DNA of 64,000 nt, from positions 1 to 64,000 of the forward strand of contig JAXLNO010000291.1 of NCBI GenBank assembly GCA_038087875.1, given 5' to 3'. How positions within the stretch are numbered: the stretch's first letter is position 1; each line of letters starts with the position of its first letter. The DNA is from Malacoraja senta (lineage: Eukaryota). Of this stretch, positions 12,713 through 24,662 are shown piece by piece. The position numbers and the translations under genes are program-made. Under the pieces are notes generated by a model, which saw only the letters and a program-made list of their open reading frames with translations, was not told where the DNA came from and ran no database searches.

Positions 12713-15142
12713 GTCTTTTTCTTGACGTGTTTGGGCTGAGCCCCCCATTCACCCTGCACTGAACTCTCCATCTCGCCAACTCTGGGAGGTGGAACAGCAT
12801 CAACATGAGCATCAAATTACAACCTCATTCAACTCCTCAAAGGGTGGACAAGCCATGGCTGCCAGCAATCAATTTCTGTACATGAAGTGGTTTCTCTGTG
12901 AGGCTGTCACACAGAGGGCGGTGGGTGTGTGGAACGAGCTGCCAGAGGAGGTAGTTGAGGCAGGTAAATTTATAACATTAAAATACATTTTGACAGGTAA
13001 ATGGATAGGACAGGTTTAGAGGGATATGGGCCAAATGCGGGCAGATGGGGCTAGTGTAGATGGGGCATGTTTGACAGCATCGGCTAGTTGGGCCGAAGGG
13101 CCTGTTTCCGTGTTGTGACTCTATGACGGATGGTAACTAGCCTAAAATGATTCCAAGCAAATTACCACGTGGATATTGGATGGTGATGGCATCTCCGGGC
13201 TCTGTGTGTGAGTGTGGTGTTACTTTCTCTGCCTCAGTCTCTACAAACCAAGCTACAGGGCTCTCAACTTGAGTCATAGAGTTATGTAGCAAGGATCCCA
13301 TGCTGTAGGATCTTTGTTATGTAGTGTGGAAACAGGCCCTTGCTCCAAACTTGCCCACACACACCAACATGTCCCAGCTACACTGGTCCCACCCATATGA
13401 CTGAGTTTGGCCCCTATCCCTCCAAACCACAGACATAACGTGTAGGGAGGAACTGCAGGTGCTGGTTTAAACCGAAGATAGACACACCAATGCTGGAGTA
13501 ACTCAGCGTTGCAGGCAGCATCTCTGGAGAGAAGGAATGGGTGACGTTTCTTCAGACTGAACAAGGGTCTCGACCCGAAATGTTACCCATTTCCTTCTCT
13601 CCATAGATGCTGCCTGTCCTCGCTGAGTTACTCCAGCATTTTGTTTCATTTCAACTTGCAAAGCAGGTCTGACAGGGGATTGTGAGAGACAGAGGTGGGA
13701 GGTGAGCAGAGGAATATCAGGCAACATGTGGTCTCACAGTCTGGGCAGCGCGGGGTTCATTTACAACCACCTTTATTCCCACTGGTTCCTCCTCTCGCAC
13801 AAATCTGCAGCTGCTGTTTTTTTACCGTCTGCCTCAGCTCAGAGCAACAATATCAGATAATTGGAGAACTGCACAGACCAATTAACCCCTCCCTCCCCAC
13901 CCACCCACTGACCCTTCGGCCCATCGCGGCCGCACCGACCAGCGATCCCCGCACATTAACACTATCCTACACACACTAGGTACAATTTACAATTATACCA
14001 AGCCAATTAACATGCAAGCTTTGGAGTGTGGGAGGAAACTGGAGCACAGGGAAAAAAAACCACGCAGGTCACGGGGAGAAGGTACAAACTCCGTACAGAC
14101 AGCGCCCAAAGTCGGGATCGAACCCGGGTCTCCGGAGCTGAAAGGCAGCAACTCTAGCGCTGCGCCTCCGTGCCGCCCTTCTGTAGAGGAAGCGACATGT
14201 GTGTGAAAGGCACAGTGGTGGTGGTGGTGGTGGTGGTGGTACCAGGGGGCTTGGCCCGGCCTCCAGTGGGACCCGATCTGCTGTGGGTCAATCACGGCAC
14301 CTGCAGCAAGCAGAGGGTAGACACGGATTTCCGGGGCAGCCACAATTTAGAAAGTTACAGCACAGTCCATCGCAACGGACAGGATTTGGTGGAGGCTGGT
14401 TGGGATGTTGTTGTCGTGTCGCGAGATACCGAGGAAAAGTTTGCATGCAATGAAGAAAAATAATTTGAGCTGCCAGAGGAGGTAGTTGTGGTAGTATTTA
14501 AAAGGCCAACATTTAAAAGACATTTAGACGGGTACTTGGATAGTAAAGGGTTTAGAGGGACATGGGAAAATGCAGGCAGGTGGGACCAGTGTAGATGGGA
14601 CATGTTGGTCGGCGTGGGCAAGTTGGGTCGAAGGGCCTGTCTCCATGCTGTATCGCTGTATAACTATGATAGAACAGGATTAGAGGGATATGGGCCAAAC
14701 GGCGGCAGGTGGGACGAGTGTAGATGGAGCATCTTAGACAGCATGGGCAAGTTGGGCCGAAAGGCCTGTTTCCATGCTGCATGGCACCAGATGGCTGGGA
14801 TTATCAACTACACAGACGACAAAGGTCCCAGCCTTAACCCCTCACGTTGCTCACTTTAAAACAGCGTCTCACAGGGACATGCCAGACGAGGTGGTGGAGG
14901 CAGGGGCTCGGACAACACTGACCAGGCGTTTAGGATTGGTGGGCTAGGATCAATGGTCAGCATGGACCCATCAGTCTGAAGAAACGTCACCCATTCCTTC
15001 TCTCCAGAGTTGCTGCCTGTCCCGCTGAGTTACTCCAGCGTTTTGTGTCTATCAGCATGGACCAGGTGGGCCGAAGGGCCTGTCTCTGTGTTGTACAACC
15101 CTTTGCCACTACAACATCCACTGGCAGTGAGAAAGTAAAGTC

Positions 15143-15284
15143 TTCTTCTTCTTGTGTACGGCGTGCACAGCCTACAGTTGTAGGACAACTTGTTCTGTTT
15201 GATCTTATCTGATTGTGCACGCCAGGTTGATTGCATTTGTCGAAACAGGGCGGACCAGGTGAAGGTTGCAATCTCTCCCACCCC
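15143..15284 (-). mobile_element. ~142-nt non-autonomous retroposon with HDV-like ribozyme head, 3' stem-loop and (GAA)n tail
   Basis: Near-identical direct repeats gaaagtaaagtc (15131-15142) and gaaagtgaagtc (15286-15297) flank it; tail aagaagaagaaga; GGCGTGCACA/TGTGCACGCC 10-bp stem in the 3' half. Confidence 0.8.
15229..15284 (-). ncRNA. Minimal HDV/CPEB3-like ribozyme fold (56 nt)
   Basis: GGGGUGG(P1) GAGA GAUUGCA(P2) ACC(P3) UUCACCU(L3) GGU(P3') CCGCCCU(P1') GU UUCGA C AAA UGCAAUC(P2'): all helices pair, G1.U wobble present, candidate catalytic C in J4/2. Confidence 0.8.
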
Positions 15285-16934
15285 GGAAAGTGAAGTCCGA
15301 ACACTGGGCAGGAATTGCTGCTTCCTTTGTGGTCCGTGATCAGAAACGTCAGCTATTAATAATCTGAGATCAATGTTTGAGGGCACTTTGGTGCGAGTGC
15401 TGAGTTTTTATCCCAGTCCTGCAGCTGAAGCCATGCCAAGAAACTAATCGTCACTCCAGCCTCCCTGGGCAAGCCTCGCGATCAGCTTACTGACAATATC
15501 CTTGCTGATGTACTTGTCAAATTTAATTATTGTACACTTGGTGAACCCGGCATTCCCCAGCACTGACTCACTAACGGCTGCCGGCTTCTGTGAGGCACTT
15601 TCAAACTTTCCTTCATCTGTTGACGCCATCTGAAATCCAACAGGAAATTCACAAGGGCCGTCTTTGCCCAGAGAGAGAGAGCATGGGATTGTGGGGCTCG
15701 ATGCAGCATGGAGCTGTGGGGACTGATGCATTAAAGTGGATGCATTTATTGCAACCTTACAGCATGCACATTGAATACTCCCAGTTTAGCTAACTAATAA
15801 CAACCTCCCCACTCCCCCCCCCCCCCCCCATGTAGCCCACCTGGATCGGCTCCTGTTCCCCTTACATTATTTCGTCTGGATTCACAATTCACACCTTCTA
15901 GGGCGGCAGGGGTGGCGCAGCGGTGGTGGCGGCAGCGGTGGAGTTGCTGTCTCTACAGTTTGTACCTTCTCCCCTTGACCAGCGAGGGTTTTCTCCGAGA
16001 CCTCCGGTTTCCTCCCACACTCCAAAGACGTACAGGTTTGTAGGTTAATGGCTTGGTGTAAATGTGTAAATGGCCCTTAATGTGTGTAGGGTAGTGTTAA
16101 TGTGTAGGGATCTGTGGGCCGAAGGGCCTGTTTCCATGCTGTGTCTCTAACCTAAACTTTTTTTCCATCTCTGGCCTTTGTCCAACCATCTGCCTTCTTC
16201 AGGGTCTATTGGACTATGTGTATGTGTGTGTGTGTGTGTGTATGTGTGTGTGTACACGACTGTGTGTACGTCTCCTATTCCTTTTCTGCAGAGATGTTTT
16301 CTGACCAGTTTTACTCCAGCTTTTGGGTCTATCTCCAATAGATACACACATGTACACACATAAATACAGACCCCCTCACACATACACATATAATTACACA
16401 AATACATCTCACACACACGTGGACTCGTACATACACACGTACACACACACACACACACACAGATAGACACGCTCATACACACACAGGCACACACACCCCA
16501 TATGCAGTAAAGATAAGACCATAAGACATAGAAGTAGAATTAGGCCATTCGGTCCATCGAATCTGCTCCGCCATTCTATCCTGGTAAACGTCTATCAATT
16601 CTCCCCTGGACTTCTCTGACGTTCCAGAGAAAATATTGAAGGCATCGAATGCAACGCAGTTTAATGCCGGGTCCTGACATTGCGGGTGCGTCTGGGCTCA
16701 TTGTGATGTGGGGGTGGGGAGAAACCCCACGATCTGATCCTGTCGCCGTGAGCCGTTGTCAATTGTATCTCTCAAATGCCTTGAATAACCTTATTCAACA
16801 CTTGTGATTCTCTCGTGACTGGTAGTTTGAGGCAGCTTGCTTCTATCAAGGTTTATGATATTTGAGCTTTGAAGATGATTTTGTAACCAAAGTATGAACT
16901 GAAGTGTTGGAAAAGTTATTTACATATCTCACTG

Positions 16935-17178
16935 CCCCCCTCTCCTCCCTCCTCCTCCTCCTCCTCCACTCCCTCCCCTCCTTCTCCCCTCCCTTCTCCT
17001 CCCCTCTCCTCTCCCATCCTCCCCTCCCTTCTCCTCCCCTCTCCTCTCCCATCCTCCCCTCCCTTCCCCTCCACTCCCTCCCTCCTCCTCCTCCTCCCCC
17101 CCCTCCCTTCTCCTCCCCTCTCCTCTCCCATCCTCTCCTCCTTACCCCATCGCCTCTCCTCACCTCCTCCCCTCTCTC
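16935..17178. repeat. Polypyrimidine (CT-rich) low-complexity tract
   Basis: Almost purely C/T on the plus strand for about 240 nt. Confidence 0.9.
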
Positions 17179-18904
17179 CACAGACGCTGCCTGGTCTGCG
17201 GAATCTCCAGTATTTTTAGTTTTTATCCTCAATAGTTACCGGATGCCCCTCAAACACACGTTTCCTCTCATTTCCTGTATCTGTCTGTGTGAACTGTGCC
17301 CTGTCTACAGTCGCGTCTTTAATCGCCAAGTCTAGAACAGAGAAAGGTCCCCACCCGAAACCTCGTCCCCCCACAGATGCTGCCCGACCCACCGAGTGAC
17401 TCCAGCGATTATACTTTGTTCCATATTCCAGCGCCTGCAAACTTTGTGTCTCTCTGGTCTATTTAACTTTGGCAACCAGGAGGAGTGGCGTTTGGGGTCG
17501 AGACCCTTCTTCAGACCCAACCCGAAACGTCACCCAATCCTTTTCTCCAGAGATGCTGCTTGACCCGCTGAGTTACTCCAGCTTTTTGTGTCTAACTTCG
17601 GTGTAAACCAGCATCTGCAGTTCCTTCCTACACAAAGGGGTTAATGGCGTCTGTACATATCTGATCAGATTCAGTTGATCATGCCTGGACCTGTGTCCCA
17701 CAATGTGATGGTGATCGGGGAATAAAGTCACAGGCCCTTCGGCCCAACCCATCTATGCTAACCCACATGCCCCATCTGCAGTAGTTCCATCAGTCCGCGT
17801 TTAGCCCATACCCCTCTAAACCTTTCCTATCCATGTACCTGTCCAAATGTCTTTTAAATGTTGTTATAGAACCTGCTTCAAATATTTCCTCTGGCACCTT
17901 GTTCCATCTACCCACCAGCCTCTGTGTGGAAACATTGACCCTCAGATACCCATTAAATCTTTCCGCTTTCACTTTTAATTCTTGATCCCCCGACCCTGGA
18001 GCCATGTCAACGTGAACTAACCAACTGTCAGGTCCTCAAGACCCCATCACCTCCCTCCCCCTGCCCTTGGAGAAAGCCAAACTCTATCCACTTAGCTTTC
18101 TCATTTATTTCGATGTGTCCTTGGGTCACATTCCACAGCTCCCTCCCCACACGTGACAATAAACTAAACTGCGCCAGACTGCACTGCTTGGACCAAGTGT
18201 TGTCCAGTATCTGGAGATCTCTGGTTTATGTCGCACGTTGGTCTAGTTCCAGTGTGTTGTTGCATCAGACACAGTTCAGGAATGTCTGGTATTTCTCCTC
18301 TCCACCTCCTCCTCTCGGTTCCTGATGTCTCTCCAAACGTGTCAGATCCCGTCACGTCTCTTCCCCAAGGTTTGGGGAAAACATTCATCAACAGCAACTT
18401 CAAGCAAGTGTGAGAACTGTTGATTACAGCCCAGTAATTAGTCATCAGGGCTGTCGCTCATAGACTAGTTTGCTTACCTAACCTGTGCTGGTCTGGGCAA
18501 ATCGGGGCTTGAACTGAATGGGTGAATGTCTCAGTTATATGATTGCGTGAGATAAGTGAATGTGTGCAGGAAGGAACTGCAGATACTGCTTTATACCAAA
18601 GATAGACACTAAATGCTGGAGTAACTCAGCGGGTCAGGCAGCATCTCCGTTGCTGAAGGGTTCCGACCCGAAATGTCATCTATCTATGTTCTCCACAGAT
18701 GCTGCCTGACCCACTGAGTTACTCCAGCACTCTGTGAAACGTCACCTATCCATGTTCTCCACAGATGCTGCCTGGCCCGCTGAGTTACTCCAGCACTTTG
18801 TGTCTAGAAGCGAATGAGTGCTTGATTTTTCAGTAAGTTCTGCTTGTTTGTGTTGTGTTGAATGCTTGACCAGTGCAATCAAATATAATCATAAAACGCA
18901 ACCA

Positions 18905-19251
18905 AAAATAGTTATTTTGAAGACATTTTATTAGGAAGAAGAAAAAACAGATCAATTTCCACAGTGTCTTTCAGAATCAAATCATCCAACCACAGAGGAG
19001 GCATTTTGGAGCGATGGAGACGGCTTGTTACAGGTGAGTAGTTGGAGAGTTTCATGCTCAGCTTGCTCCTGGAACTCCTGGTAACATATAGAACTTGCCT
19101 GCCCTGATATGGAGGAGGATGGGTCGAGCCGACTTTGTTTACCCGAGGATGTTTCAGATGTAAAACGTGTGGAGAAACACTGCTGCCACTGTCGGGAAAT
19201 CAAACTGCACAGGTGACTCAGTGTTCCACCAAGCTCGGCTGGGGAGATCTT
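18905..19251 (-). ncRNA. Candidate terminal exon of the host transcript with AATAAA at 18927-18932
   Basis: Acceptor tgttctgtccAG at 19252-19253, canonical AATAAA followed by a U/GU-rich tract, about 0.9 kb downstream of miR-24. Confidence 0.45.
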
Positions 19252-20151
19252 CTGGACAGAACATATAGATGAACGCACGAGATCGGAGTGGGTGTAGGCC
19301 GTTCGGCCCCTCGAGCCTACCCTACTATTCACGAAGATCATGGCTGATCTTTCCCAGGCATCAATATCTCTCTCCCCTTGCCAGTTCCACAGAGCTCTTC
19401 GCTCCCCCATCTTTCAAACATGTATCTCCTTTTCACCCAGAGGGTTGTGAATCTGTGGAATTCTCTACCACAGAAGGCAGTGGAGGCCGATTCACTGGAT
19501 GTTTCCAAGAGAGAGTTGGATTTAGCTCCTGGGGCTAACGGAATCAAGGGATATGTGGAAAAAGCAGGAACGGGGTACTGATTTTGGATGGTCAGCCATG
19601 ATCATATTGAATGGCGGTGCTGGCTCAAAGGACTGAATGGCCTACTCCTGCACCTATTTTCTATTTTTCTACCTACTCTTTAAGGGGTTTCTCCTCTGGG
19701 GTAGAGAAGACCACAGGTTCACCCTCCGTGAAGAAGTACCATGCACTCTATTTTACATGACTATGAACAGAGGTGGATTGGTCTCTAAGGAGAACCACTG
19801 CCTTGACCATGTGATTCACAGGCCATTCAGCCCTTCCTGCCCATCCCCGTTCTCTCCAACTTCTCCTTTGAGTTAAGTTTTGATTGACTGCTTCAGTCAG
19901 TGTATTTGTTGTCACGTGTACTGAGGTACAGTGAAAAGTTTTTGTTGCGTGCCAGAGAACATCCTGATCATTTTTTCTACTAAAACCCCAGATAATTTTG
20001 AGCACCTCCGTTCAATCTCCGGTGAGGCTGCCATGCTGTGAGGAGTTGAGTCGTGTGTTGCCTGGGGAGACCACATCACTGCCGCCACATGCATCGCTGG
20101 AGACCAGTTGTGCTTCACCAAGTGGCCCTCTCTGTTGGAAGCGGGGCTGAA

Positions 20152-20220
20152 CTCCTGTTCCTGCTGAACTGAGCCAGTGTAAATTACATCAACTGATTAT
20201 CAGCTCAGTAGGCACGGGAG
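20152..20220 (-). ncRNA. MIR24: pre-miR-24 hairpin; miR-24-3p UGGCUCAGUUCAGCAGGAACAG at 20155-20176, 5p arm at 20192-20215
   Basis: Exact reverse complement of mature miR-24; 5p arm GUGCCUACUGAGCUGAUAAUCAGU pairs with it; CNNC (CAAC) about 18 nt downstream of the 3p end. Confidence 0.97.
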
Positions 20221-20320
20221 ATGGAGTCCAATTAGTCTTGCGAGAGCAGTCCCAGAGTTTGAGTTCGTCATCGATGATGGAATCATTGACCACAGCATTC
20301 ATAGAAGATAGAACAGTACA

Positions 20321-20530
20321 ATGTCTAGAGGAACTGCAGATGCTGGTTTAAACCAAAGATAGACACAAAAAGCTGGAGTAACTCAGCGGAACAGGCAGCA
20401 TCTCTGGAGAGAAGGAATGGGCGACGTTTCGGGTGAAGAAGGGTCTCGACCCGAAACGTCACCCATTCCTTCTCTCCAGAGATGCTGCCTGTCCCGTTGA
20501 GTTACTCCAGCTTTTTGTGTCAATCCTCAG
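20321..20530. mobile_element. Penelope-like fold-back element
   Basis: Inverted arms ggaactgcagatgctgg...gacgtttcggg / cccgaaacgtc...ctccagc; TSD tagaacagtaca at 20309-20320 and 20531-20542. Confidence 0.7.
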
Positions 20531-23500
20531 TAGAACAGTACAGCACAGGAACAGGCCCTTCGGCCCACAATGTCCGTGCCCCGTTCCTGCTTTCTGCCTG
20601 CACGTAATCCGTATCCCTCCATTCCCTGCATATCCATGTGCCTGTCTTAAACACCACTATCGTGTCTGCCTCCACCACCACCTCTGGCAGCGTGTTCCAG
20701 GCACCCACCACCCTCTGTGTAAAACAATTGCCCTGCACATCTCCTTTAAACTTTGCCCCTCTCACCTTAAAGCTACGCCCTCTAGGAAAATGGGAAAAAG
20801 GTTCTGACTGTCTACCCTGTCTACGCCTTTCATAATTTCATAAACTTTAATCTGGTCTCCCCTCAGCATCTGACGATCCAGGCTTGGCCAACCTCTCCTT
20901 GTAGCCAATACCCTCGAATCCAGGCAGCATTCTGTAAACATTTCTGCACCCTTCAAAGCTTCCAAGAATAGCCCTTATTTCTTGGATTTTTTTCACGTAT
21001 CTTTCTATCTCAGCTATAAATATTCCCCATGATCCAATCAGTCCACCCTCGTGGGCAGAGAGTTCCAGAGATTCTCCACACTCAGAGAGACGTTTCTGCA
21101 CACCACGTTTTTAAGAAACTGGCCCCATAAATGTTGGCCAAGTCCTCTTGGTCCATAACTCTCCCAGCACTTGAAACATCTCAACATCTAAACATCTACC
21201 CTGGAGACACAAGGAACTGCAGATGCTGGCATCTTCAGCAAAACACAAAGTGCTGGAGGAACTCAACAGGTCAGGCAGCATTTGGGGAGGGAGGAAGGGC
21301 ACAGATGACATTTCTAGTCAGGACCCTTCTCCTGGTCTGAAGCATCGTCTCCACAGATGCTGTCTGACCCGTTGCGTTCCTCCAGCACTTTGTGTTTTAC
21401 TCAACATCTACCCTATAACCTCCTTAAGATCTTGTGTGTCGGGGGTTACGGGGAGAAGGCAGGATAATGGGGTTAGGAGGGAGAGATAGATCAGCCATGA
21501 TTGAATGGCGGAGTAGACTTGATGGGCCGATTGGCCTAATTCTCTGCTCCTATCACTCATGGACATAAGGTCACCCCTTATTCTCATCCTGAGGAATACA
21601 AACCCACACTGTCTAGATTCTCTTCCACGAGTACCTGCCACGTCTCTGCATGGACAGGGACTGGGAGGAAGAGTTGTGCCAGTAACTGGGTCAGGAAGAC
21701 CCATCTTTGCGATGCAGAAAAATTGTTCTGCATGTTGGAGGAGTCCAGAAACAGGGGTCACAGTTTAAGAATAAGGGGTCAGCCATTTAGGACTGAGATG
21801 TGGGAAAACATTTTCACCCAGAGTTGTGAATCTGTGGCATTCCCTGTACCTACTTATTGTTGACCAGGTAGCGTTCTGCTCTGAACCATCTGACAGTCCC
21901 AGTCTGTCCATGGGCAGGGAGTGCAGCCAGTAAGGTCAGTAACACCCATCCGTGGAGTTCCTGGCCAGGTCGGCTTGTGGGATATTAGTGAACCGCAGAG
22001 GCCGGATGAAGTGGAGGCAGGAAATAAACGGTGGAAAACCTCACAGGATAAACAGGGAGAAAATGAGTGGGAATTACCCTGCTGGTACCTGGCCAGAAGC
22101 AATAACCGGCTGAGCAGAGTTAGAGCTGATTCATAAAACCCCCTTCACATTAATGAAGCCTCTTTATCCCAACCACATAGGGCCGGTCTACTCCACCAAC
22201 ACTAACCTTAACTGCAATGAAAATAAAAATAGAAAATGTTGAAAATTCACATCAGCAACAACCTTAACCCTTTTCTTCCCATTTGTGCTTCAGAGTTGTC
22301 ACCTGGTGTTGCAGTTGGAAGCTGGACTCCAGCCTCTTGGCTTTGTTCAATGTTGCTCTAAGGCTCTATGCTGCTAGTTTACTGGACCAGATAATGCAAG
22401 TCTGGGCCATGAGTCAGGGAAATAGATCTGCAATTAAAGATAGCATTAGTAATGGCGATAATGGATGAAAGATTCTACTCCTTGATGTTTTACCACTAGC
22501 CTGCATCAGACAGCACGGAAACAGGCCCTTCAGCCCAACTCCTCCATGCCCACCAAGATGCCCCATCTAAGCTAGTCCAATTTGCAGTAAATCCCACTAA
22601 ACATTTCCTATCCATGTGTCTATGTGTTGCTTAAATGTTGTTATTGTACCTACCTCCTCTGGCAGCTCGTTTTATACACCCACCATGCTGTGTGTGAAAA
22701 GATCGCCCCTCAGATTCCCATTCAGTCTTCCCTCTCTCACTTTAAACCTCTAGTTCTTCATTCCACCAACCCAGGGTGACCATGTCTACGGAGTAATGCA
22801 ACTAATAGGATATTGCAGCCAGTTTGAGAGGGTCTAAAGGGATAGGATTATATTTAGGCCATTCAGCCCATCAAGTCTACTCCATCATTCAACCATGGCT
22901 GATCTATCTCTCCCTCCTAACCCCATTCTCCTGCCTTCTCCACATAACCTCTGACACCAAGAATCTATCTATCTCTGCCTTAAAAATATCCATTGACCTG
23001 GCCTCCACAGCCGTCTGGCAAATAATTCCACAGATTCACCACCCTCTGACTAAAGAAATTCCTCCTCATCTCCTTCCTAAAAGAACGTCCTTTAATTCTG
23101 AGGCTGTGCCCTCTGGTCCTGGGCTCTCCCACTAGTGGAAACATCCTCTCCACATCCACTCTATCCAAAGCTTTCACTATTCAGGACATTTCAATGAAGT
23201 TCCCCCTCATCTTTCGAGTGTTGATGTTTGGAGACCTTCTTGTTGTGACTGAATGAATGAATGAATGAATGAACATTTTATTGTCACATGTGAGAAGTCG
23301 CAGTGAAATTCTTTGCTCTCCTACCCAAGGAATGCAAGTAGTTGCCACATCCTCCATTGTTCTCTCCCCTCCCTCACGACAATCCCCCCCACACTGGGTC
23401 CCCAATTGTCCACTGTTCTTCACCCTTCCTCACGGCAGTCCCTCCACGCCAGGTCCAGCGTTGTCCCTTCCCCCGGCAGCGACGTCCTCACTTCCGTCCT

Positions 23501-23681
23501 CGTCCGTCGGTCAGCACCCCCATTGACCGCTCACTATCGCCCCTGGGTCCCCTCTGGACGCCTCTGTGGCTCCGACCCCGGCCCCAGCCGCGAGCTCCGG
23601 GGTCATATCCCGGTGATCCGGACCGAGACGACGGCGTTTCACCAGCCGCGACGTGAACATCTCCTGCTGTTGACTTTGCCC

Positions 23682-23760
23682 CAGAGGTGCGGAACTTAGC
23701 CACTGTGAACAAGGGATACACACAGCTCTGTCCACAAACTAGCTAAGCCCTGAACCGCTG
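23682..23760 (-). ncRNA. MIR27A: pre-miR-27 (a-type) hairpin; UUCACAGUGGCUAAGUUCCGC at 23689-23709, 5p arm AGGGCUUAGCU... at 23730-23751
   Basis: Exact match to mature miR-27a-3p; 5p arm starts like miR-27a-5p; CNNC (CAAC) 17 nt downstream. Confidence 0.95.
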
Positions 23761-24164
23761 CCGGCCATGGCAGTGAGACGAAACGTCACCTATTCCTTTT
23801 CTCCAGAGATGCTGCTTGAACCGCTGAGTTACTCCAGCACTCTGTGTCTATCTTCATTGGTAGACTGGCAGTTGACAGGAACAAAAACTTTTCACTGTAC
23901 CTCGGTACACATGACAGTAAACTAAACTCAAAAAGATTGTGATTTTCAAGGTTGTGATGTGATCACTCTTCCCCCCCTCCCAGACAGTGCCAAAGTTCTG
24001 CACATCGACAGTTTTGGTCACATACTCTGTGTGAGGAGACTCCTGTATTAAGTGGAGAGCCAACACAAATATAATGGCATGAAATGGTTCTGGGCTGAGC
24101 TCCTGGTTCTCGTTCCTTTGGAGGCTTCAGCGGCCAGGAGTTGTCGGGCTGATGCGGCAACACT

Positions 24165-24244
24165 TGTCACCGATTGGTAATCCCTGGCAATGTGATTCGG
24201 TGCTTTGTATCAAATCACTTCACCAGGAATCCCCCTCGGCAACA
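24165..24244 (-). ncRNA. MIR23: pre-miR-23 hairpin; AUCACAUUGCCAGGGAUUACC at 24176-24196, 5p arm at 24212-24234
   Basis: Mature sequence equals miR-23b-3p; basal stem UGUUGCCGA/UCGGUGACA; order 23-27-24 on one strand as in known clusters. Confidence 0.95.
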
Positions 24245-24543
24245 GTTATCTCAGCCACATGCCGGCCCCAAACACCCTCTTACAATCCATCTGAGACTAG
24301 GTCTCAGAGGCACAGAGCAGGGAACCAGGCCCTTCGGCCCAGCGAGGCTGTGCTGACCATCAACCCGTTTCTCCCGATCCCCATCACCTCCCACAGATTC
24401 TACAACTCACCTGCACTCCAGAGCCTTTGATAGAGGAAGATGAATAAAGCAGATTTGTCTCTGAAACCTTGGCCTGTTTTGGTGCCAAGTTGCTATTGTA
24501 AGTTTGCCACATGACGTTCGAGAAACCAGCATTGCCCACATAC

Positions 24544-24662
24544 TCTGAATGGTCTGCTGCTGATTGAAGGGGTTTCCGTTCTCTGTTGTCTGAGGCGTCT
24601 TTGCTGTTTGGTTTCAAGGCTCTGCCACTGGTGCCTGGGTTGGGCTCCATCACTTGAATTCA
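24544..24662 (-). ncRNA. Candidate host-transcript exon just upstream of miR-23
   Basis: Acceptor cttccctgtctttgcAG and donor AGA|GTatgt enclose 119 nt of unique sequence. Confidence 0.4.

Noticed and set aside
16215..16500. (TG)n and (CA)n tracts forming an apparent inverted repeat
   Set aside because: Degenerate microsatellites around a pLTR fragment; complementarity is trivial.
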